DNA of 64,000 nucleotides from Thalia democratica (taxonomy: Eukaryota). Numbering within the stretch: the stretch's first letter is position 1; each line of letters begins with the position of its first letter. The notes under the pieces were generated by a model that made no database searches, was not told where the DNA came from, and saw only the letters and a list, made by a program, of their open reading frames with translations. Made by a program: the position numbers and the translations under genes. Positions 35,236 through 47,000 of the stretch are shown here, one piece after another. The stretch covers positions 54,374,001-54,438,000 of the forward strand of contig OZ241827.1 in NCBI GenBank assembly GCA_965202585.1, given 5' to 3'.

Positions 35236-36858
35236 ATGAGTACCTATCTATCAACAGCAATAGTTGACATGATTATTGAAAAGGTGATTTTGGAGCACCT
35301 AAAGAAAAGTCAGTTCTGTCGAAACGACAAAATCGAGCTGAGCAGTCCAGTGCACGAATTGCCGAGTTTTGAGGAAGGAAATTTCGAAAAAGGAGATTTT
35401 GAGAAAGAGCCGCAGTTCTGTGATACGAAAGTTTCTAATAATGAAATTGATGAGCTCGGAGATGGATGGAAAACCGAAAAGGTGTTAGAGAGTCACATCA
35501 AGGATGATAAAACCAAGACTAATGTTGAGGAAGCAGAAAGCATTATGGTTGAAGAAGAATCTTCAACTAGCTCAGATGAACTATACCAAGTCATGAAGAC
35601 TAAATATGAAAATTCTGAAGCAAAATGTCTAATTGAACAAGACTCTTCAATTAGTTATGACGAGCCTGATAAAGTAATTGAGACTAATCATGAGGATAAA
35701 AGAACAATATATCTAGTTGAACAAGACTCTTTAATTATTTATGACGATCCAGATCAACTAATGAAGTCTGAATGCAAGATTGTTGAATTGGAAAGTCTGA
35801 TTGAACAAGACTCTAAAATTATTTATGACGATCCAGATCAACTAATTAAGTCTGAATGCAAGATTGTTGAACTAGAAAGTCTGATTGAACAAGACTCTTT
35901 AATTATTTATGACGATCGAGAACAACTAATAAAGTCTGAATGCAAGATTGTTGAATTGGAAAGTCTGATTGAACAAGACTCTTTAATTATTTATGACGAT
36001 CCAGATCAACTAATGAAGTCTGAATGCAAGATTGTTGAATTGGAAAGTCTGATTGAACAAGACTCTTTAATTAGTTATGACGATCGAGATCAACTAATAA
36101 AGTCTGAATGTGAGATTGTTGAATTGGAAAGTCTGATTGAACAAGACTCATTAAATATCTATGACGATCCAGATCAACTAATGAAGTCTGAATGTGAGAT
36201 TGTTGAATTGGAAAGTCTGATTGAACAAGACTCTTTAATTAGCTATGACGATCCAGATCAACTAATAAAGTCCGAATGCAAGATTGTGGAATTGGAAAGT
36301 CTGATTGAACAAGACTCTTTAATTAGCTATGACGATTCAAATCAACTAATAAAGTCTAAATGCAAGGTTGTTGAATTGGAAAGTCTGATTGAACAAGACT
36401 CTTTAATTATTTATGACGATCGAGAACAACTAATAAAGTCTGAATGCAAGATTGTTGAATTGGAAAGTCTGATTGAACAAGACTCTTTAATTATTTATGA
36501 CGATCCAGATCAACTAATAAAGTCTAAATGCAAGGTTGTTGAATTGGAAAGTCTGATTGAACAAGACTCTTTAATTAGTTATGATAACCCAGATCAAGTC
36601 CTGAATACAAAATATGAGAAAGTTGAAGCGAATATTGTTTCTTGCAAATCTAAATCATTACAAAAATCCAACCGGGTCTCGCTTTGCAGTGTTAAAAGCG
36701 AGAAAAAGAATAGTAAATCCAAATTTAACAAATTTTTCACTAACTTCGGAAAAAATGTAAGAAAAAGTTTTGCAAGACTTTTTAATAATAGTGGAAACAA
36801 AAAACGTATCAAAAGCCGTGTATTCATTGGTGTACCGATGTTTTTCTATTATAAATAA
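35236..36858 (+). CDS. Acidic 28-aa tandem-repeat protein of unknown function
   Basis: 540-aa single-exon ORF with an acidic N-terminus, a central repeat array and a basic C-terminus. No signal peptide is evident. Confidence 0.8.
   Translation: MSTYLSTAIVDMIIEKVILEHLKKSQFCRNDKIELSSPVHELPSFEEGNFEKGDFEKEPQFCDTKVSNNEIDELGDGWKTEKVLESHIKDDKTKTNVEEAESIMVEEESSTSSDELYQVMKTKYENSEAKCLIEQDSSISYDEPDKVIETNHEDKRTIYLVEQDSLIIYDDPDQLMKSECKIVELESLIEQDSKIIYDDPDQLIKSECKIVELESLIEQDSLIIYDDREQLIKSECKIVELESLIEQDSLIIYDDPDQLMKSECKIVELESLIEQDSLISYDDRDQLIKSECEIVELESLIEQDSLNIYDDPDQLMKSECEIVELESLIEQDSLISYDDPDQLIKSECKIVELESLIEQDSLISYDDSNQLIKSKCKVVELESLIEQDSLIIYDDREQLIKSECKIVELESLIEQDSLIIYDDPDQLIKSKCKVVELESLIEQDSLISYDNPDQVLNTKYEKVEANIVSCKSKSLQKSNRVSLCSVKSEKKNSKSKFNKFFTNFGKNVRKSFARLFNNSGNKKRIKSRVFIGVPMFFYYK
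35629..36636 (+). repeat. 84-bp coding minisatellite (10 near-perfect + 2 degenerate units)
   Basis: Unit LIEQDSLIIYDDPDQLIKSECKIVELES. Core units start at 35713 and recur every 84 nt to 36553. Confidence 0.95.
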
Positions 36859-39800
36859 TTATTTCAATAAATTTATCAACTGAAAATATTCTGTGTTTGA
36901 TATCTAGCTAAATACTTATTAGTGTTATTAAAAAATATTAATAGTAAAAAAGACTAAACTTTTGTAACCTTAGTTATATCTTTTATACTGTCATAAATTT
37001 CTTTTTAAATAAACTGCTTGTAGCTCTGGAATATTAATAAAATATCATACATTTTTAAAATATAAAGTCTAAGAAAACTTATATACCTCGAACTAAAAAC
37101 AACTTTAAAAAAATATTAGTAAACCAGGAGTATTTTGATATATTTTTAGGTTATAGTAAAGCAAATATATTTTTTCTGTTTCAAAAATTAAAAATAGGAA
37201 CTACTAATTATTACGAAAGGTAAAAGAATGCTTTTGTTGAATTTAGAAGTTTCATAAATGTGATTTTTTGAGGTAAGTTAAAACAGCTTCTTCTGAAAAA
37301 GTAAGGTTTTTGTATATTTTATTGCTGTGTTTCTTACTTCGAGAAGTTTTCTAAAATGTAAAAAAAAATTAAACAGCTTTATTTTTCTTCAATGATGTTA
37401 AAATATTTAACTATATAAAGAAGACCTAGCTAAAAGTGTTGGAAGAGTGTAGTCGTAATAGAGCAAAGTTTATAACTAGGTTCAATAACAACAACAAACT
37501 TAAATAGTGAACTTCGAAGGCAGAAATTTCTTATAAATCACAGCTGAAAACTCTTTTAATTTTCAATAGACGTTTAATTGTCATTACAAATGCTCTATTT
37601 AATTTCTAAATGCAAAAATATAAGATGACAATTTACATTATGATTATAGTTGTAGAAAAAAACAGGGAAAACTTTTTTCACAAAATCTAGGTTGATAAAA
37701 AAAGTGCTTTAAGCAAACAAACTCTTATATTTTGTTAATACCACATACTCTAAGTGCGAGCCAACTAAACTAATTTGGATTCAAGCACAGGAAAAATTAT
37801 ATCAGTTTGAATAACTGCTTTAAAAAAGAAGCATAAAAAAACATTAAAGTGTAAAAAACTTAAAACTGTTGCAACTTAAACTTGTTATTGTTTAGCTTTA
37901 ACTTGCTTTGCAGTTGATCGCTTAGTATATTTCTACTTAAAACTAATTAACTAAAAATATTTTCTATAAAACTAAACACTATTAAATCGAGCCATCGTTT
38001 GTAAATCAAAAAAAAAGTTATCGAAATATACATTTTTTGGAATTTTAATTTATCAAAAATATGTTATATTTTTAGCAGCTGCGCAACTACTGAAAATTAG
38101 ACAATTCTACTGCAAAAACTAAGTCATAGTTAAATAAAGGTATTTAACAATAAACAACGAATTTTTATTTTTGTGAATTAACAATATTAAGTTATTGTAG
38201 ATGATTAAGATTTTTTTTTCAACATTCTATGTGATTAAGTGTCTAAAAACTCTTATTGTTCTGAACTTACGTAACTAGTAATACCGTACTTACTATTTAA
38301 ATTATTTATAATATATGCAAAAAAAGCTAAAAAGATAAATTAAAAAACTAAAATCGAATAGGCAGTTTTTAAAACTTTACTTTAGAAATAAAAGTATAAA
38401 TATATAACTTTTCTTTTTTGTTTGTGTTTTTATACTCCATATTACAATACTTATGTTCATCTTTTTAAATGCAACTTCTACTTTAAATACTGTTGAGATC
38501 ATGTTTGGTATTAATCAACCTCGTAGTCAATTGTTACTTACACACTAACTAAACATTACTTTTTATTATTAAGACTTTACTTAAACACCAGTTCGGCTAA
38601 ACTATTAATGCTTATATATAAATGTGTTGTCTGTATTCTATGCCACATTACTTTTAAAATTATTAAAATAACTTAATGAACCATTTTCTAACTTAACTAA
38701 TTAAACTTATTGCTACACTTCTTTAGAAGAATTAAAAATAAAATTATATTTAAAATATTTAGGATCACGAATCTTTTTATCGATTCTTAAAAACCTATTG
38801 TAACTAATTCAAATAGTATAAACAAAAATTGAATTTAATTTACAAAAATTTGTTGTGTATTTTTTTTTTCTGTTAATATTTCATTATTCAAAATTAGCGA
38901 TTTGTTGCTTAGCGCCTTTATTAAGATGCCTTAAAAACTTTATTAAAACTAAAATAGTTTATAATCTTTAAAGTTTTGGACAAATAAAATCAGAAAAACT
39001 TAAAAATCCAGTAAACAAAGAAAAATTAAGCTTGTATTTTTTACCTGTAAAGCATAATTTTTTATAACTTTAAATATCAAAATATCTTTTTAAGTGATAC
39101 TACATAAAGCATTACTTAAAAATAATAGTCAAAAACTATAATACAAATCAGAGATACAAAACCAATAAATAATAACTAAGATACAAAGTGCTAGTTTTTT
39201 ATAAACATTTTATGTTTTGATAAAATTGATTAAAGTTTTAATGTTTGCCTTTTTTAAAGTGCTTTATTTTCAGAAGTTTGGTTTAATGTATTTAAATACT
39301 TTCATAATTATTAAAGTTATCAAAGGTCTAAAATCAGACTTTCCAGATTAAAAGCTTCATTTACCTTTTATTAATTTATATATAATTTATATGACTAACC
39401 TAGTATTTATAACTGTTTTAAAAAACTGTTTTTGTTATTTATTGTAATATTATATTTAAACTTCGTTACTGTTAGCTTAAATCTCTAAGCTTTTACTAAA
39501 AGCTTTGTATGCAGACATCTTTACATCAACAACGCGAAAATTTACTTTAGCAAATACTACTACTAATTTTACACTGATTAATACGTTCTTCGTGCTAAAC
39601 ACGATTTATGCGCTAGTCACATGAATTAATTTGATTTAACAACATAAATTTAAAATATGTTTTTATTTTAGTCTGCAAGTGCTTGTTTACATACTTTTGG
39701 AAAGAAGTTAGGATTTTACTTTTGATTACTTTCAAACGTAATTAGTAAGTATTTACTAGAAAACACAAAAGTACTGTATGAAAGTACTAATATTTTTTCT

Positions 39801-41046
39801 ATATATTGCTATATTTAAGAAGACTTGATCGTGTACTTAAAACAGAGCTTATAAATTAATCAGGTTTTTTATGAAAAATAGTATTTTAACCTGAAGTGTA
39901 TCAAAAATTTAGTCGTTTTACTAATCTTTTTTTGCTACTTCTAATAAATTTAGATGCTAATACAAGTAAGTTAAAACATCTAAAATACCTAAAACACTCT
40001 TTTTATCTTTTACAAGTTTTATAAAACTAGATAAAATTAAATTAATAACTGTGACTTTTAAGTATTTATTTATAGTAAATAATGTTTGTAAACACACACT
40101 AACTTGTTTTTAAACCTTAACAGGTTGTGATTTTAATTAATCAGTGCTACTATATATTATACATATAAAACATAAAGTGGTGTTACAGTTCAAATCTAAT
40201 TTAAAGTAGTTTTACAGAATGATAAACAAAATTAACTTTTCTATTAGATGTTAATTAAGTTTTATCATACCTTTAACTTATAGGTATTTTGAAACGGGCT
40301 CTGAGAAATTAGTTGTATTTAAACTAGTTGGTAATATATATGACAAGAGTAAAATTTATCTCTATGTAAACTAACTGTAGTCGAAAATAGTAAAAAAACT
40401 CTGTATATTATTTGACAAATACTAACTAAAAGTACTCACAATAAATGACCTAGTGTGGCTTTTCGTAAAAAAACAGCCTTTCAACAATTTTTTTTTGTTT
40501 TATTGCAATAAACGATATTTAGAGGCATTTTACCAAAAAAACTTATAAACATCAGTTTTTATATTAAAGAAAAAAAAACAAATTAAAGATAAACAGTGCT
40601 CTACTATATTTAATTTATAAGCTTTATCAAAAAATGATATAACAAGTTCAAATTTTAAAGAAAAACAGTAAGTTAACTAAAATGAATAAATAAAATTTAA
40701 AACAACTTATCAATGAAAAATAGCAGCACATATAAACAAAACTTACACACAAATGTTAAACGTAAATTAAAAAAATGAAATTTACCTGAAAGAGACAAAG
40801 TTTAATATTTATTAGTTTTAGGCAAAGTAATGATTGTAGGAGAGAGTTGAAACAAAGTTTACCGCCAGCTTGCAAAATACTTGCTGACAATGCAAAAGCT
40901 ATCGTTGCAAAAATTTACCTAAAAGCTTGGCAACAAAACAAGACAACAAGAACATGACAGAGACATTTATAATAACAATGTTACAAATTGAAAAAATTGA
41001 TAAAAATTTAATAAATGCTTAATTTTTTTTTAATATTGATAAGCTG

Positions 41047-44000
41047 TTATTGACTTTGGTCGCTGTAAAAATCGGAAGTGGAAACTTCACCTTTGCAGGG
41101 GTTGGCGGGTATTTTGGGGTGGTTTCTGTCGGAAGCCAGTTTGTGCGCTTGGTTGTCATGACGCGGCGTTTGGAAGGTAGTGAACTGCGGAGGATCTGTT
41201 GCCATGCAATACGACAGTTATACGGTTATTATGACAATTTAAATGCAAACTGACAACTTGACAGTTAGTATGTGAGAAATTTTTCACGAATGTTAGCCTT
41301 GTTGGTAAGCTAACACCAAAAACATAAACTAAAACTATATAAAATGTTTGTTTCAAAAAGTTATATTATACTGATTTTCTGTAATGAAACAGCAATTGGT
41401 TTCTGTTGTTAAAGTTTACTTAAAAAAGCCATGCAAACAACTTTAATGACGTAAAAAGATATGCTGCGTTGCATATTTGAATTCATACTGCAATTAAAAC
41501 ATGAAATAAATCACATAAGTTATTTTTAATTAACTCGATGTTCGTAATGAATTATAACTTAATCTTTGAAACTGACCGGGAAACTCTTCGGCCTTCGCTT
41601 GGTTTTTCTCGTCGAAATTCTTGTAAAAGTTATGCTTCGCCTCGCCCCCCTTGAACGAACTCAGCGACGGCTTCGACCTCCCCACCTGTTGCTGATGGTA
41701 ACCGTGGTGACTCCCCGGCTTCTGGAACTGCCAGCAGCTGGAAGCCGTGCTGTTGTGGCCGCTGTGCACCGAAACGGCGCTCTGTTGGGGCGACACCGCC
41801 CTGGCAACGAACTTCTCGTCCAACCCGGCTATCCTCCTCACGACTCCCGCGTCTTCCACGTTGGAGGAAACGCCCGCCGACATGCCACTGTCGCCCGTGT
41901 GGTTGTTGTACGACGTCACACTGAAGTTGGTCGCGCTCCCGTGGTTGCGGCGGTTTCTATGGTAACCCTGCTGGTTGCCGAGCGAGGAGGTATCCAGGAG
42001 GGGGTCGGTGTCGTTGGGGTTCTTCGCTTCCTCTACCGTGGGCAGAACAAACTGCTGCTGGTTGCCGCGGTGGTGAAAGTGCTGGTTGCTTGTAGGGGGG
42101 AGTCCCACTTGAGAAACGGAAGTCATGTCGAAGGACTCGTCGCCGGAAGAAGCGTATTGGTCGTCGGCTACACGGCGTTCGTCGTAGTCTGTCAAGTTTA
42201 AACTTTTCATTGACTTTTTGTTTTAGCCTCTTAAGGATTAGCTGCTTTTAACTTTAACATACTTAATACGTTTTTGGTAGCGAAAAATTCTTTTAAACGC
42301 AGTTAATACTTTTTTTCAAATAAAACAGTTTTTATTTATTTATAAGTACAAGCTCGTTTTTTACAAATAAATGCTTTTATCATAGTGCACGAGAAGACAT
42401 CAACTACTTTTAGAAAAGCATCTTTATTTTTCAAACAGAATTCAAAAACCCACCTAATGTTTGATTGTAAGCTTCTCTGTGAACCACGTTTTGGTTGCAA
42501 GTGTTATCAACATTGTTCAGCATCAATGGTTGTTTTATTTGTCTGTTTCAATGTTTTTTTATCATGTTATACACTTGTATCAATTTTTTTCTTAAGTTAT
42601 GAGTTAGTATTAGTCATAAATCAATTTAATGTTTAATAGTGATTGATCGCGGTTTAAGTGATTTGTCATTGTTTTACAAGTGCCTCGAACTATACGTTAG
42701 TTTAATAAATGTTTTATGCAACTTATCTTTTTATATATAGCAGATAACTTTAAAGTAAAAAAACAAAATAATTTTCTATTCGAAAAGAAACAGTTCATCT
42801 TATAATTTCAGTTATGGTATTTTTTACTTAGTATATCTTCTAACGTATTAAATATTATAATCTTACAATTCAAAATAATTAACTTTTTGCCTTTTTTGAA
42901 AAGATAAAAAAATTGTTGATAAATTTTTACAAATTTATTTTAGTAATAGTACACATAAAACCTTGTAAAAAGAGTACAGCCAATAACAAAGTTTTCGAAG
43001 TTTTGTGCATAAATACTAGCAAAATCTAAATGTAAATTTTAATGACTTAAACTATTTTAAACTGTTTGGTGTAGTTAGCTCAACTTATGTGCTAATAGAA
43101 AAGTTTTAAAAATAGTGTTTTCGATAGAAGGGCATAGTAGAATCAATAAAACTTAAAAAAAAAATTTAAAAAGTTACTTGAAGGTAAAAAAAATATTTAT
43201 CAAAATGCTACATAAGTTTTGTTTCAAGGTTTTTTAACAACTACTCATCATATCATAAATCTAAAAAATATCAGAAACAAGTCTTCCAACCTGTGTTGCA
43301 TTGCAGGGGGCTCGGTGAGCGTTGTCATGGCAACGTTCGTGTTGGGCGGGTTGGAGTAGTTACTAAGGAGCGTGGATGTGGAGTTGTGTCTGTGGATCTG
43401 TGAGATGTCCCGCATCTTGTTCCTTGGAACTGAGGAACCCGTCAGGCTCATCTCACTGTTTATAATAAATATTACGAATTTTAAATTTCAACTTTACAAC
43501 AAAATTGTCTGTATGGTATATAATAGTTTTGTTTTTGAATTTTCTTGATATATTTTTTAACACTACACAGAACTTAATGTTTGTATTTTAGAGAATTTTT
43601 AGTAATGTTTTTCTCAAAATAGAAACAACTTAAAATGATGGAAATATTTCAAATTGTAGTGCACCCGTCACGTTCATTTCACTGCTCGTAAATACTTTGA
43701 TTAACATTTCGATATTTTTAATTCTAGTATAAAATTGTTTGTATGGTATAAAATAGTTTTACTTTTGAGAACTTTTTTTATATCACACAAAACTCTATTC
43801 TTATACTTTTAGAGCTTTTTAAGTAATTTGAAAATATATAATTCATAAAATATGTAGTTAACAATAACATTTAAAATCATTAGTTGTTGTCTTATGGATA
43901 AAGAATATTTAAGAAGAAACAAACTTGTTCTGGTTTCTGCTTCTCAGTGAGTGCTGGGGGCTGGTAGTCTGCTGTTGTTCGTAGTGGTCAGCGTGAGTTG

Positions 44001-47000
44001 AGTTGGCTCTTTGCATCACAGAACCTTGCCTAAATATTTAAATTTTATAAATTTTTGCTATACTCTTGTTTTCAAAAGAAAATATAACTACCTAAGACAC
44101 CAAAGTTTGTTTTTAACTTTTTTAAGGTTCATTATGGTATGTCAGATTATAGCCAACAAGTATGCTTTTAAGAGCATTTTAGTTAATTAAGCATTTCTGA
44201 AAAGTTTTACTATTTCAAAACGTATGTTGAATAATAACACTTGTAACGTAATAAAACAAACTTTGCAGTGCTTTGTTGAGAGAACTGAGCACCGATTGAA
44301 GTCAGAGAAATCAGCTGGTCGTTTACGTAGGAAAACTGAGGGCTCGTGTTGCTATTAGCAACCGTTCTGTTGCTATCAATGACTTGGTTTGGTCTAGAAT
44401 GTTTTTAATAAAAATAAAATTAGGCAAGAACAAAGCTTTAATGTGTACTAAAATAAAACCAAATCTGTTAACTGCATTTGCTTAAAAGCTTGTTATTAAA
44501 ACTTTAGTATTTATGTAATTTAGTTACACGAAAAAATTTATTCTAATAACCCGTAAGATCTGACTGACGACGGCTCATAATGTTTTTGTTGTGACAACGG
44601 AATGTACTCGTTGTTGACGACAGAGTTGAAAGGCTTCGTGTAGTTGCTATCGCTATGACTACCAATAGTTTTTTGAGTTCCCGGGCGATCGACCAGAGTC
44701 AAGTTGAAATTGTGAGAATAGTTAGGCGATTGACCAAACTTGTTTATTCTTCGTGTGCTATCTGTAAACGTCATGTACTAAGTAAGAAAATATTTCAGAC
44801 AACACTTGAAAAATAGACACAATTTTGTATACTTATAGCCAATAAAAACTTCAATGAAACCTGTGTGAGCAGTAAAGCTAAACGAATGAACTGCAGCAAC
44901 AAGTTTCACCAATCCAATCAAATAAGCATGAAAAACAAAACAAAAATTAACATTGCCCGTTTTAGCGCTTAGGTTTTATAACAATCTAGCATGTTAAATG
45001 AAACTTACCGGTTCTTTCGCGTAACTTCGGCTTGCGTCTCTTCTTCAGCCAGCAGCTCACCCCTGTGATTATCGTGACGACTATGACGAAACACGTGATG
45101 ATGATCGTCGCCATTCCGGCGGGTGTCGCCAGAAAGCTCTCGATGTTCGACGTCATCGAGGGGATTTCCCTTTCTTCTGGCGTTTTAGCGGCGGTGGGCG
45201 TTTTTGAAATTGAGGGTCGAGTGACGTTTCCTGCTTGAGATTACGACTTCAAAGTTAAAAAAGAAGAACTCAATAAAGGTGGGTTAATCATTTAGTTTAG
45301 CTTTATAAAATTAATCTATTTTTATTTCTTGTGACTTTTCTCGTGTTTTATTATTGTGTTTTAGACAATTTTTTTATTATTTACAGCCTAACAGTATCAA
45401 CAAAAAGCTTTATTAGATAAATGCTTTATCCAAAACACTAATTAACATTTATTGTATATTTTTTGTAGTTTTCTACTTAATTAAAAACAGTCTTAACTCA
45501 AATCAAAGTTTAAGAAATTTATGTTTATTTAATTTTCTTACGTTTGCTGAAGTTGAAAGATCTTGTTGAAGCAACTGCGGGCCCTAAACTTGAGACTGGA
45601 GTTACTGTGACATCTAGTAAAACATTTATTTCAGAACTGCTGTAATATTTAACTTCGTAGACTCCATCGTTCAGGTTTTTCTCATCGGCGTAAAAGATTA
45701 CGTTCAAACTTTTTTCGCTACTTTTTATAGAAACGTAGAATTTATCAAAGTTTGTTAGATCGTCATCTCTTGTTTTTTTCCAACGTATTGTTAAACAATG
45801 CTTGCCTTTTAAGTTTTCTTGTTTCGCGACAAAATTTACTGGGCGTGTGTTGGTCACTGTAAGACAAATTATACTGCTTATTCTAGTTGAAGAATCTTTA
45901 AAACAACTTATTTGTGTTTTTTAATGAAAACTAGCTTACCAGTTCCACTTGCTGAAATCACTGCAACGGATCTCGGCTCTGAAATCAGTTTACCTCTGTA
46001 CAGGCGAATGTGAACCTCGTAAAATGAATCAGCTTCCTTGTCCACCGGCAGCTTGTATGATCTATAGAGTGTTGAAAATATTATGTAAGTTTGTTTTTAA
46101 AAGATAAAAGTGATAAGTAAGTAATAACAAGCAGTACTAAAGTATAATATTAGTATACATTTTTTTCTCTAGTTCATTACACTAATATTTTTTGTTTAGT
46201 TTTTGTTGTGATAATGACAAACTTTAAATGTCGAAATTATGGTGAAATAAAAATAAAAAGAGAAAACTTTGTTTTTTTTCATTTAATATTATTTTAGTGG
46301 TACAAGTTTATTTTAGTACGCTCACCTATGCTCGCAAGGTACTGCAACTGTTTGGTGCTTGTTATTTGCATCGTTCTGCAGCTTTTTCACTGTCAAAATG
46401 AACCCGTGGGCCACTCTGCAAGCGTCTTTGTACGTAACCCAGGACAGCAGCCTGAATTCCCTGTTGCCTTGGTTACCGCTGACCGGTGTGACGGCAGATA
46501 CGTTGATGCCGACTGTTGCCAAGGAATTCAGTACTGAGGTTGTAGTTTTGTCGACAGCATTTGGCTGATCTATGAATAAAAGAAAAAAATAAATTTATTA
46601 TCACCAGTATCAGTTTGATTATTGTTAATTATTACTTTTTATTTTAGAAAAAAACATTAGAATTCTTTACTACAACTAGTTTTTGCTTCTGAAATAATTT
46701 AAATAAAACTCAATTAACTATTTCTTACAAACTATAAAATATTTGACAAACATCTACTGAAACTAAGAAATATATGTGTAATTTATTTTTGGTTTAAAAC
46801 TTTTAAATGGTTGTGATACTTTTTTTTTCAGAAAATGACATTTAATGATTATATTTAACACTAAATTTACGTACCTAACGTGTAAAACGGTTTGTTGGAC
46901 TGTACAGGTGCAGAGCCCATACTTTTATCAAATTTTCTCACGTAAATGAAATAACCGCTAGAAGGTTTCAAACCAGTAATTGTGTACTCAGTACTTTTTA

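Noticed and set aside
35713-36552. 84-bp array as CRISPR or non-coding satellite
   Set aside because: No unique spacers, and the array stays in frame within a long ORF in a eukaryotic context.
41566-42201. 211-aa plus-strand ORF (and 41747-41965)
   Set aside because: Antisense shadow of the GC3-rich robo exon 41577-42188.
41530-42210. 226-aa ORF as a stand-alone gene
   Set aside because: It is a robo cytoplasmic exon. Its ATG lies upstream of the ttgacag acceptor at 42189.
44548-44568. AACCCGTAAGATCTGA resembling miR-100
   Set aside because: Imperfect match at a robo exon boundary, with no hairpin partner.
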